DNA from: Ylistrum balloti
Lineage: Eukaryota
Assembly: GCF_031769215.1 (NCBI RefSeq)
Contig: NW_026782105.1
Coordinates: 620,001 to 684,000 of the forward strand
Length of the DNA: 64,000 bases
Reading direction: 5' to 3'
Part shown: in pieces, positions 1 through 13,300 of the stretch
How positions within the stretch are numbered: position 1 is the first letter of the stretch
How the letters are laid out: each line of letters opens with the position of its first letter
The notes under the pieces: model-generated
The model's database searches: none
What the model saw: the letters and a program-made list of their open reading frames with translations, nothing else
What the model was told of the DNA's origin: nothing
Position numbers and translations under genes: made by a program

Positions 1-475
1 GTTACCATGGCAACTTAGCTGTCGACATTGTAAGCAAGCCCTAAGTCCAACATGTCACTTAGGGAGGCAAATCTGCAAAGGTCAGAAGGCATCAAAGGTC
101 AAATATCACACCAATGAAATAGAAGACCAGGGACAGGTACGGACCAATTGCAGTTGCAAATCTGATGCTTATGGCCAAGAGATAGGTACCAAATTTAGCA
201 CAAGACCTAACAACACCAACTTTGATGAGTTTTAAGGTTAACAAGAGATATAACCTGCAGCAATGTAAAAGTGTCTGTCTGGTATGGACATACCAATTCA
301 ATTTGGACCCAGTAATGTCACTGGGGATATTACAATGTCAGCTGTCCGTATCAGAGATACACTACCAAGTTATCAACCTATTTAAGTGAAACCCAGCAAG
401 ATTTGGCAGTAGGGAGTGCCAGGCGCACAGTTAGTGGAGAAGGAGGCCATCATCATGGCCATCACTTGCATTCAA
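1..475. mobile_element. Probable dispersed-repeat fragment, cut by the window edge
   Basis: Higher GC than the flank, with caaaggtcaaa and ccatggcaac motifs and an abrupt switch to AT-rich sequence at about 480. Confidence 0.3.
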
Positions 476-669
476 AAAACGTAAAATATGTCAAAATATA
501 ATATTTGGAAAATAGAGCTTTGACAAGCCATAATATCTGAGATCAAAATATATATATTCATAATATAGACATGTACAATTGTTATCGAACATTGCTAGAA
601 ACATAATGCATATTTAGGGTTTAAGACTAATATCTAACATTACTTGTCCCAAAGCGACTATATGTACAA

Positions 670-3600
670 TATATACATATATTTACAAGTTTTATTATTT
701 ACAATTGGCATTTTTCACATGTTTAAATAGCTATACAGGTAATTTATGTCATGTACAAGTAATCATACATGTTTAATCTCATATTGGAAGTGGAATAGTA
801 CTGAATTTGATATCATTTGTTCTTCTTCTGATGATTTTTTGCACACCTGATGATGTATGGTGGAATAGCTGATGACTTACTTAAGCTATATGATGAATTA
901 ATCATAGTTAATGACAAAATTCTTCATTTAAATAAGACTTTTATTTTTGGATCCTGAAAGTTGAAGATCGTGCCTGACAGAACATAATTTCATTACATTT
1001 CGCCACTTATTAATTTAATCTAAAGATTCAGAATTTTGGGTGATAGAAATCCTGACGACGAATTTATCTTATTTAACAAAATATCATATAATGCATGTTT
1101 GCACACATAATGCAAAAACCATGTCCAGAAATTAGCTGACCAGTAACTGGTTTGGAAATGAAACGTTTCAATAATTTCTCACCACACAAATGGTAGATAG
1201 GAGGGAATGATTCAATCTGGTAGGTCTGCATCATCTGATGTCATGTTCAGAATATGGTAGTATGGGATTGATGGTCACAGGTGTCAACCTGGTCCGATGA
1301 ATCAGCGGGGAAGTCTCCCGACATTCTACATTTACACAAATCTGACTACTGTATGTTACAATCAGGATTAAATCCTTTCAAAAGGCTGAGCATTATCCAT
1401 ACATAATTTATCAACTGTAATGAGCACAATCAATCAAAAATTACAAAGTACTTATGAACACACTAAAAAAAAAAATTTACATTCATGATTTATTTGTGGT
1501 TGCCATGGAAACATGAAAGAAGTACAATGTATTTTGCGATTATTAGCACCATATTGTAACATGGAAAGAGAGGAGTCATGTGCAGCACTATCTTATTAAT
1601 CCTCCCCTCTGACTGGTCAATGTGAAGTCATGTGACTCTTTCTGATGTCACCGCAAGAGAAAACTGTCCTGGGTCCTACAAATGTGTCTGTATAGACCAT
1701 ATCAACATAACAAGTGCCAGTATAACGTAAACAGGCAGCAGATACATAACGGACTACTACTCTCAAAACAAAGGATATCTACTATTTCCTTGTACACTGT
1801 ATTGTGAAATCTTACACAAGAATACATACAATTGTTTAAGACTTAAATAGGTAACAAACAATGAACTATCTGGGTCACCTGTTAATATTCCATGTACATG
1901 TTTTTTAAGTAAGTTAGCTTGACGTTGAGCTACAAGAAGGATACATAAATACATATATGGTAGTTAGCTTTCGTTAATCTTATCATCGTGTGTAGTATAA
2001 ATGTCCCTGTGCAAATATTACATCTCTGAGGTCAGGAGATTAAACAAACTTTAATCAAGGGAGGTAACTTCATAAATTAGCATTCTGCAATACTCAACAG
2101 TAATCTCTGACCTCACAGACAATGTGTTACCTTCAGTGACCTCCTATAGTTTTTCCTACAACTCCTTAGCTAAATGACTCTTTAACAGAATTTTTTTATC
2201 ATTCCTGGAACATTCTAAGGAACATCGTGGTCAACTGCATGAAGCATAAAAAATAAGGTTTTCAAAAAAAAAAGAGAATACCGACTGTTATAAAATATGG
2301 ATGTACCAAAAGTTCCTAAATAAATATCCAAAAGTGGGAAAAAAACCAAAACCCATCAAATCAAAATGTGCATCAGACAAAAACCACTCTGTAACGACAG
2401 AGAAGCCTAGAATTTTCTAGCATGTTTTCTATCCCCTTAAGTGTTGAACAGTTAGCCTACTGGACACATTTACAATTACAGACTTGAGACAAAGAATGGG
2501 ATTAAGGTACATGAAGAAATGTACCTATTTATCATATGGATATACATGTACTTTTGGAAAATTACACAAATTTTCCTCTACCCTGTGTACATTAACACAT
2601 AATTCATGAACAAACACTCTAACAAAGTCACTTTTAGGTTCATGTTATAACTTTACTTCTAATATATTTATTTCTTAAAACTTTAAGAAACAAAAAAAAA
2701 CCTCTATATTCCATTTCAAATTCAAATTTATAGATATCTATTGTTCTTTCAACAAATAATTAGATGCACATTCATGAATTGAGGATCCACTTCCTTAAAA
2801 GGATTTTAAAAAACCGATGCTTGATGTCTGAAACAATGAGGAAAAAAAAAAAAAAAGTCCCCCCTCTTTTTATTTCTTACAAACTAAACATAAAGAGTCT
2901 ATATCTGAAATAATTAAAAACAACTTTTAATTTTATCTCATTCAAAAATATGAAAAAATTAAACCAGTATGGCCACAAATGATAACATCTTAATTTATAT
3001 TGAGTTTTAACATATCTCGTATACAAAACAGTATTTACGTACCTTCGCAAGGAACTGAATGACGAGAATAAAATGTATTTTGATCAATTTCAGACTGTTT
3101 TAATTTCTGTTATTGAACATGTACATTAAATTGACATTAACAGTTTAAACCTCCTTTCTAGAACTCTTTCTTTAACAGTTATTTATATGACCCAAATTAA
3201 CACAAGGGACCTTTATGGGGTAGTGTTATGTCTATTTGAAAGATACAGTAGCAAAAGGTGATGTCTAAACACACTTTATCTCTGTCAAGCAATGATAAAA
3301 GTAAATATAAATTCTATTTATAGTTTCAATATTAATTTACATATATAGTTCCTATACAGATATATTATAGTTCATTTATTATAAAGCTATATACAAATTT
3401 ATGCTAAGCTTAATATATTAGGTACTTTATATGAGCACCTACAGACTTAACTTACTACTGACGAGAGCTAAAGTGTGGCTAAACTTCACCTCTGTCACTG
3501 TTACTTTACACCTGATAGAAAGAGACCAAAGAAGGTAGAAAGTGACCCAGAAAATTAAAACCTATCAAATAAGCTGAAATTAAGAGTCAGTTTGAAAGAT

Positions 3601-4221
3601 GACAGATGATATGACATTTTTGCTAAAAAAAATTGTGGGTAAGAACATATTGTATTTTAAGTCAACATCTGTGTCGTTCAAAGATGACTTCTGTCATCCT
3701 ACTAGGACAAGCATGTACATTCACTATAGACATAATTCCTCATATGTCTAAATGCTTGGCACGTAATGTATAATCATCACCTCGACAATCTTGCATGTTT
3801 TGATGTCCACTTTGTCACTGATGTTGCTAAATGCACCGCAAGGAAGCATATCCCGAAAGACGTACGGTGCACATGTCAAACTAACGCAAATAGCATGTGA
3901 TAAAACTGGGTTGCAGGACCTGTGTTTATCCTGTGTCGGAATATGTTAAGGCAGGAGCTAGGGTTATGTCCTCGGGACTGTTAATATTACATCCACACAT
4001 ACCGCGATCCAAGTGTTCGTCCATGCAACTATCTCTGCTATGGAGATAAAGTGCCTCCACTATGTGCCGAGGACCACCCAAATCAACGTCCACACACATG
4101 CATACACTCCTTGTAATTCCAAATGTCACTGCATCCCCTAAGAACATTGCACCTTCCGTTAAATTCGCTGTAGTCTCCCAACTGGTTGGCCAAATGCTGA
4201 CCATACCAGCCACCTGAAAGA
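670..4221 (-). other. Probable long 3' UTR of the MYPT gene
   Basis: Follows the stop codon and is AU-rich. Several minus-strand AATAAA hexamers (tttatt at 691-696, 939-944, 1489-1494). The end point is a guess. Confidence 0.5.
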
Positions 4222-4308
4222 CTACTTTGACAGTTTGCTTATCACTCGGATTAACGCACCATTCTCCTCTTTTAAGCGCTTGTTATCATCTTTAAGTTGA
4301 TCCATTTT
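4222..4308 (-). CDS. PPP1R12A: MYPT last coding exon, 87 nt including TAG: KMDQLKDDNKRLKEENGALIRVISKLSK*; leucine zipper
   Basis: Acceptor TTTTTACAG. Ends in the conserved ENGALIRVISKLSK, then the stop at 4222-4224. Confidence 0.96.
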   Translation of the reverse strand, partial: KMDQLKDDNKRLKEENGALIRVISKLSK

Positions 4309-7300
4309 CTGTAAAAATTGAAATTTGTATTAATTCTGAGGGAACAAGATAATACATACATACATTCATTCTGAATTATTCAGAAGGTTGTTAATAATGT
4401 GCATCAATGAATGAAAGATATTGGTGCTGCTGTTTATTGTTTCGTCTCTAACTATAGACATGAGAAGTGATAGATTACAATTATGGTAGTATTTCAACTA
4501 AATGTAGTAGAGTTATCTCCCTTGATTTACACACATTGAACTTTGTTGGTATATACTTAGATTAAAAAAAAAAAAAAAAAAAGATTATACAAAAGTATCA
4601 TACAAACAATGAACTGATAACAAAGGTCAAAAACATTATCTACTTCAATCAAATATATTACTGACAAGCAATACTGCATCAATCTATCAAAATCAACATA
4701 TCATGAATATATTGTTGAACTAAATCTACACATGAGCATATGTGCTGGTTAATATAATATCTATCCACAAAAAATTGGAAATCCACGTTGCCTATACAAT
4801 AAAAAAACTTCATCAAATTAGTAAAACATTGAAAACAATCATAATGATACTTTCCAACTATCAAATTATCATGTATCTGTTTCATTAATGGAAAAAAACA
4901 CTAATCCAGCTAAGTCATGCATGTCCATATATAATGCCAGTACTTTTGGATGAATATAAAATGTAGTGTTTTTTCTGACCCAATCACCGATTCCTGTTAC
5001 TTATATATGTTACATCTTGATGACATTACTCCTTACAGCTACTAAGATGTACTAAGATGTACTAATTCTAATTCTGTGTGTCTTCTGTACTACAGCATTA
5101 ATATCATACAGTGTAATTAATTCAAAAACACCACAAAATCCTTCATGCATTCCCATTTATACCATTCTGTGAAGAAGCTAAATTTAACTTAACTCAATAA
5201 CAAAAGAAAAAAAAGAAAAAAAAAAGGTACAATCAAAAACGAGACAAATATACCCAACACAACACATGACCCTACTCCAATTCTGTCACTGCCAGACGTG
5301 TGATGTTCACTACGGCAAGCCCGTTCTATCACAAGTGTGCAGTTCTGAGTGGTAAATAACATTCTGCTGCACCTTCATACATAGTGAATCTAACATTGAA
5401 TGTTTTGTGACATCTAATACTCCTAAAACATCCCATCTACAAACCATTCTGACTAAAAATGATCAGATATAGCCCTAACAGCTGCATGTAACACCAAGAA
5501 GAAAGGGATACAATAGTGTGTATTCCTATTCATGACAGAGGACAAGAAATGTAGGACACTGAGTGTGCAATACTTTTAAATGAAGAAGACTGACAGACTN
5601 NNNNNNNNNNNNNNNNNNNNNNNNNNNNNNNNNNNNNNNNNNNNNNNNNNNNNNNNNNNNNNNNNNNNNNNNNNNNNNNNNNNNNNNNNNNNNNNNNNNN
5701 NNNNNNNNNNNNNNNNNNNNNNNNNNNNNNNNNNNNNNNNNNNNNNNNNNNNNNNACAGATGACAGAAAAAAAAAATCAGTAAATATTACTATTTTGTCA
5801 AATTATTAAAAAAAAAAATATGAAAATATGGATTCCTTCAACCCTGATAACTATTTCTAATACTTTAAATGATATTGGAAGTTAATAATACATTATGAAT
5901 CCAAACAAAAACATAAGATGTATATAGCATAATACACCAGTGATGGGGAAGCCAAGCTACAAACTAATACAAATGTTTACAACAAATATTGTTTATCATA
6001 TCAACACAAACCTTAGGGCCAGCCAACCAATGGGTCATGATTTAAGCTTTGCTGGCATTTGCAAAAATGGTTTGTCAAAACCATACATTATAAGGAATAT
6101 CTATTGATATCAACTGGACCTGACAAACACTTAAAAAACAGAAACAGAAAATAAAAAGTGCATGATATAACAAATAATAACTTCAACATACGACATGACA
6201 GTCACAGAACAAGTGCATCACAAAGCCATGGCAACAGAGTTCAAAGCTCAATCGACATAACAGCTTATTATGTTTGGAGTCAAGTGTTCACTTTCAGGTC
6301 TGATATCCTGCCATACAAAAGCAATGATTGCAAAACAACAATAGGGAACCAAAATATGGCACTGGGGAAAACAATGAGTTATACATAATTTTAAAACATT
6401 CAGGTGTGAGATAATGATCTCCCTTTATCATAATATCACTATACTGGACAGTCTCCTACAACTCTCCTGTTATGTTCAATATTCAATCCCGAGAGAAAAT
6501 TTTGAGTCACATATTTGGTTTTATTTAGGGGTCTCATCAGATTCATCAACATTTTGGAATCTGATATACCTCTCAGAAATTAAATTTATAAACATTTTTA
6601 AACTGCTGCTAAAAAGTCAAGTGTAAAGACCCCAACAAAATTCACTGAGAAAGTGGGTTCTTATTTTTCACTTATGATTTCAATACCATACCACAATGAT
6701 GATATTATTTACTGTACAAATCATCACAGTAAAGCTGGACAAAACCATATCTATTGCATCACAAAATATAAATCTGAATGTGCCAAATCCACCCTGATCT
6801 GTTACAATTAATTTGGCAGTGATAGTATTGGGTTGGTTACAAAAACAGATGACCAAGTTGTCACCTTAAAAAGGGTAACTTCCAGTCTAAAAGCGAAACG
6901 TTCACCAAAATCAAGAATAAAACAACAAACAATACCAGATACAATATCCTGCCCTAAAAGTTACAAATTGATAAGAATATTAACTAACACAGGACAAAAT
7001 AACATACCTTGGTACACATAATTTGGAAATTCTTTGATGTAAATGAGGCTCAACATAGGACTTTACCAAAGAAATAGAAATAAATGCAAATTCTAAATGA
7101 AACCTTTCAAAATATTGATGTCTTACATTTGCATGTGAACTCTAACGTTGATGTCATACAGAGTAGAAAGACTGATTAAAACTCTATCAATTAATACCAT
7201 CTCCTTATTTGTAGCAGCGACATATAAACTGAATATTTTACTGCCTAAATGAAACAGCTAGCTACAATTGACATTGCGAGTCAGTACTTATTAGTTTATA

Positions 7301-10300
7301 TATCCAGATGGTAGCCATGCTCCTCAAATGAACCCCAAACTTTCAAAGACTTCCATACCAAGGGCTCCCACAGAAAATTAAATATTCTCCACTGCATCAT
7401 ATCAAGCTAACATTACATGACTAGATAGTGGTAGTTCTGTGCCATCTCTTCCTATCATTAGAGGAATTCAGTATGAAACCTATGATTTCAGTCAATTTTT
7501 ACATTCCTGAGTTTCAGTAAGTTTACCTAAAGGACTTAGAAAGGTTTACATCACAAACAAATTAGGATACTAATTGATACACTTCTAAAACTACCTTAGT
7601 GTTATGATTCGCTACAGAATTGTCCATGTAACTTGTCATTTTTGTAAATACAAATTATACCCTTGCTTATTGACAGTTTAAAATTGTTGCTATTTGCAGA
7701 GACTGTGGGAACCCTGCTACTGATCTAGGAACAGTGACTACATTAACGGTGTGTCAGAAGATGTGAGAAGAGGCAAACAACGCATGCATAGTCCAGTTAG
7801 AAGGGTGTTCCAAACTGTCTCAATGCAGATTAGGCAAAGGACAATGTTACCTATTTTGAAAGTTTCGATATGACTCGAGTAAGTGCTCTATTTTCTTCTT
7901 TTAATTTTGTGTTTTCAGCTCTAATTTTGTCCATATGCTGGAAATCAAGATAATGTTACAAATCAATTGTCTTGCCACAAAAAGTGCAAGGAAATTGCAT
8001 CAAGGGAGCTAACTCTACTATGAAGTTAAATATGACAGGTGCCTTGAATAATTATGAAAAAATTGAATTACTGTTTGTCAATCGTGTTGTTTTACTTTTT
8101 CTTTAAAACCTTTTTTAATAATAAAAAAAAAGTAAACAGCAATATCAAACCATTCAAAGCATCTTTCTTTACTCATGACTGCATGATATTAGTAATCTAA
8201 GATGTTACCTGTTAAAATGTAATCTTAAGTTTTGCCACCATCTTTTTTAATCATTTCAATTCATTATGGTACATCTTTTTTTTCTTTTTTTTTGAAATCC
8301 TTGGGACTTCAAGAGCAGTTGAAATAAGGATAAACCAGGATAAATTTGATTTTCTCTTCTATTTCCTTTTTTCCAATAAAAAATTGTTATTGCAATAATA
8401 CAAGACCATAATCTTTAGAACTTGCTGCAGAATACCAAGACTATAGAAAACTTGTTACAATACACTAATATATCAATTGTGTTCCTAAATTCCTCAAATA
8501 CAATTTTTAACAGATTTGACATGGAGTGCTTGAATATATAAATCTCTCCTTATTGTTTTATGTTTTCAGCTCTAATCATAGCTTTATGCTGGAAGTCAAT
8601 ACAACATACATCAGCTACCTTTATGTAAAATAGTGTGAAGAATCTGTATCAAGGGAGCTAACTCTAATACGAAGTTAAAAGATAGGTGCCATGATTGTTT
8701 ATTTCATTGTAAAAGTGTATTTCTTTTTGTTATTCACTTGATATTTTTTGCTTTTTTCAAATCAATGATTAAAATGACAATTTGTATTAGAAACTCAGAG
8801 CACCTTTCTTTGTAACGATAACGAGATATTAGCAATGAATGTATTTTAATTTGAGTTAGTAGAAAATGAAAAGCGAGCTTTTATTAATAGAGAAACATCT
8901 GGCTTACAGTTAAACTATGATTTCAGTTTTTCCAAAACTTAAAATTAATTGGTATGCAGGAATAAGTAAAATATCAACATATGTTGCTATTGTGACTTTA
9001 GAAAAACTTGAATAGTCAGTAAGGCTGAACAGATTCATATTTATCTGTATTGATTGACATCAATACGATACCACTACAACTCTTTACCTTCAATTCTTCT
9101 TCCATCTCAGAAAGTTTTCGTTCTAATGCCCGTTTTTCCTGCAAATACAAAACATACAAAATTTAAATTGACATAGATTTGCAATTTGAAATTTTAGCCT
9201 ATTAAATCAAATCTTACAATCAAGTCCTAGTTGCCTTCCCTTCGTAAGCAATTGAATACTTCAAGAAATATATTGTTTCAAACATGAACGTTTTTGGGTT
9301 CATTTCAAGTGTTTTATGTTTATTTATAATGAAATTCACATATGAACCATTATGGAAGAAAAATAATTGCAACAAATGACATTAAACTTTGTATATTATT
9401 TCAATCTCTTCGTAAGAAGAACTACATAATCTAGCATGACTTACAAAAGCGTTTAATATATTTTTACATAAAAGAATTTAAATTAAACATAATCAATTTC
9501 AGCCTCAATTCTTTTATATGTATACTGTAAGATCTTTTATGTCCTATTGTATTGGAAATGCATACTCGTTTATCATTTGAATCAGATGCCTTATTTGCCT
9601 CCGTCCGTTTCACTAGACGATCAAGTTCTGCCTTAGCATCTAGTAACTCCTTCTTTGTCCTATCCAGCTCTTTACGTAGTCTGTCTGTCGTATATTTTTC
9701 GTCTTCATATAGCTAGTGGAGAAAAATCATTAAAGTATGGTGTAACATGAAACAAATGGCATCCACGTACATCACTACATAGTGCTATATATTATACACT
9801 TATAACATCTACTGTATCTATATGGAAATGAGTACATGCCTGGTAATACACACGCTCACAGATATTCCTGTTTAGTAAAATTATCAACTGATTCAAAATT
9901 ATTAACCTGTAATAAGCTGACCTCGTAAGCTTAATGCAGAATAAGACTGATCTAATTTGCAGTGCATGTCGGTGGTATCAGCATCACAGTTAGATGGAAT
10001 CAGACTTATCAAACAAGACCATGATTTGATTAAACTTACTACCAGGGTAATTGGTTTTACATTAAAGAAACAATCGATACAGGTTATTTTAACATCAAAA
10101 TCTCCATATTTGTAACTAAATCATACAAATGACAGATCCTAAACAGAACTTAGAGACAGGTACGTGATTAGACTGATCACACATTCACATCTTCACAACT
10201 GCTGACAAAACATACAGCAATTAAACTAAATCAACTACATAGTAAAAGACATGAAATAAAAAATAATCCACAATATATAAATCGCCTTACATACATGTAG

Positions 10301-13300
10301 ATGGTTTTGACAAATGGAGATTTCCTAGAAATATCATGAATGACCTTGGTCCTCTTTGAGAATCTTAATATTATTATAGGCCAACATCTCATCACTAGCT
10401 TCTCTACCTCTCTCTATATATTTTCCATATTTAACCGTTTATCCCAGTAGTTCATTTGTTAGAAACCTCAACTTTGAGAATATGAACCTTTAACCTTATA
10501 GAATTTTAGGAAATCCCAGAAACAAAAGTAGATGGATAGACAGATGCCTTCATATAAACAATTAAACTCATGTTTTTTGACTGATGTATATATAAATAGT
10601 ATATATAGATATATGAATATGAATAATATAACTCTAACATATACATAAATAACCCTTAGATATATACAAATAGTACAACCCTTAGATATATACAAATAGT
10701 ATAACCCTTAGATATGTATAAATAGTATAACCCTTAGATATATATAAATAGTACAACCCTTAGATATATATAAATAGTACAACCCTTAGATATATATAAA
10801 TAGTACAACCCTTAGATATGTATAAATAGTATAACCCTTAGATATATATAAATAGTACAACCCTTAGATATATATAAATAGTACAACCCTTAGATATATA
10901 TAAATAGTACAACCCTTAGATATATATAAATAGTATAACCCTTAGATATATATAAATAGTACAACCCTTAGATATATATAAATAGTACAACCCTTAGATA
11001 TATATAAATAGTACAACCCTTAGATATATATAAATAGTATAACCCTTAGATATATATAAATAGTACAACCCTTAGATATGTATAAATAGTACAACCCTTA
11101 GATATGTATAAATAGTATAACCCTTAGATATATATAAATAGTACAACCCTTAGATATGTATAAATAGTATAACCCTTAGATATATATAAATAGTACAACC
11201 CTTAGATATATATAAATAGTATAACCCTTAGATATATATAAATAGTATAACCCTTAGATATATATAAATAGTACAACCCTTAGATATGTATAAATAGTAC
11301 AACCCTTAGATATATATAAATAGTATAACCCTTAGATATATATAAATAGTACAACCCTTAGATATATATAAATAGTATAACCCTTAGATATATATAAATA
11401 GTACAACCCTTAGATATATATAAATAGTATAACCCTTAGATATATATAAATAGTATAACCCTTAGATATATATAAATAGTATAACCCTTAGATATCTATA
11501 AATAGTATAACCCTTAGATATATATAAATAGTACAACCCTTAGATATGTATAAATAGTATAATCCTTAGATATATATAAACAGTACAACCCTTAGATATA
11601 TATAAATAGTATAACCCTTAGATATATATAAATAGTACAACCCTTAGATATGTATAAATAGTATAACCCTTAGATATATATAAACAGTACAACCCTTAGA
11701 TATGTATAAATAGTATAACCCTTAGATATATATAAATAGTATAACCCTTAGATATATATAAATAGTATAACCCTTAGATATATATAAATAGTACAACCCT
11801 TAGATATGTATAAATAGTACAACCCTTAAATATACATATATAGTATAACCCTTAGATATATATAAATAGTACAGGCCTTAGATATACATAAATAGTACAA
11901 GCCTTAGATATATATTAAAAGTACTGGTACAATCCTTAGTACAACCCTCAAATATGAATTGGATGGATTTTTGTACGTAACTCTATGTGGCTCCTCCACA
12001 ATACAAACAAGTGGGGAAGGGTATGAAATTGTAAAATCTTCAATGTGTTTTTTTATCGCCTTCTGGTGACAAACCTTTTTATAATTAGAGTCGAGGGAGG
12101 GTGTTGACTGATAGTGGTCAGCATAGGAGCTAGGTCGGGACGAATACTTGTCACCAACATCTGATGTTGAACTGTACTGCCCTCTGTGGCGATAAGAACT
12201 CTGGAAAAAAAAAGTTACGCCATTTCAATATAACTTTCAACCTGAACATTAGATTATGACTAAAAAGTAAAAAAGAACACATATCTACCAATATAAATTA
12301 CCATATGTCTATCAATTCTTAAACTGCATTTTTACACATGCATGAGGTGTATCTAACCTGTGCCGTTATTCTACTGTGATCCTCAGAGAAGAACCTGTGC
12401 AGTAATCGCCTCTGCTTGGACACTTCCATATCACATCTACTAAGTTTACATAATTATACAATTGCTTTGAGTCCTCCTAGCTCTCTGTAAAATCTACAAA
12501 CTTCTACACATGCTTCTTAAAATTTCAAACCATGTTTACATTCATAATACATTTTTTGTGTTACTTTCCAGATGATAATCCACTTCTTTTATACACACAG
12601 TCACTCAACATCCATATATCAAACGATGTTTAATGAAACTTGGCAAAAGTATGTTCAGATTAAATGCACATTAACTCCGATACCAATAATTTATAAATAA
12701 GTTTGATATCACCAAAAGTTATTTATAAAATGTTAAAACATCCAACAATAGAACTACACAACGTCCTCAGAAAAAGTCAATATGACAACACCATTTGACA
12801 TTGAACAATGGTACCAAAGCATAGGACAGTAGGGTAAAGTAGGTGCCTGGAACACTCCACACTGGGTCAGATACACTCATTATACAGGGATGTCCTTCCC
12901 AGGCTAAATGTCTCGCTTTACAAATTTACAACAAATACTAGATTTTTCTTTTGGAAGAGCAAAGTAATATTTGTAAAACGAAAACTACTTCCAACAAAGA
13001 GGCCAAGTGTCATTTTACTGTCAAGGTATTTTAAAGTTTTAAAATTTTAAAGGATTTATTCAAATTGAGTTTAAAAGGTTTGACAAAGTGGCTTATTGAT
13101 GCGTAGTACATGATAGGTAATGGCAGACCTACACCTATACCTTTCATCAGAACACTGTTTACAGTATGCATCACTGCACACAAATGTAAACTAAATCTGC
13201 TGGAGCATATAACTTAACTACAGAGTTACTATTGGGTACTGTGTGTGGTTTTTTGGTACTTCAGCTTGGGTGTCATTTATGGTATTTATCGTGAGATTGT

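Noticed and set aside
4160-4221. Stop-codon readthrough extension SFRWLVWSAFGQPVGRLQRI*
   Set aside because: The TAG-T context lacks the established TGA-CTAG-type readthrough signal, and nothing else supports it.
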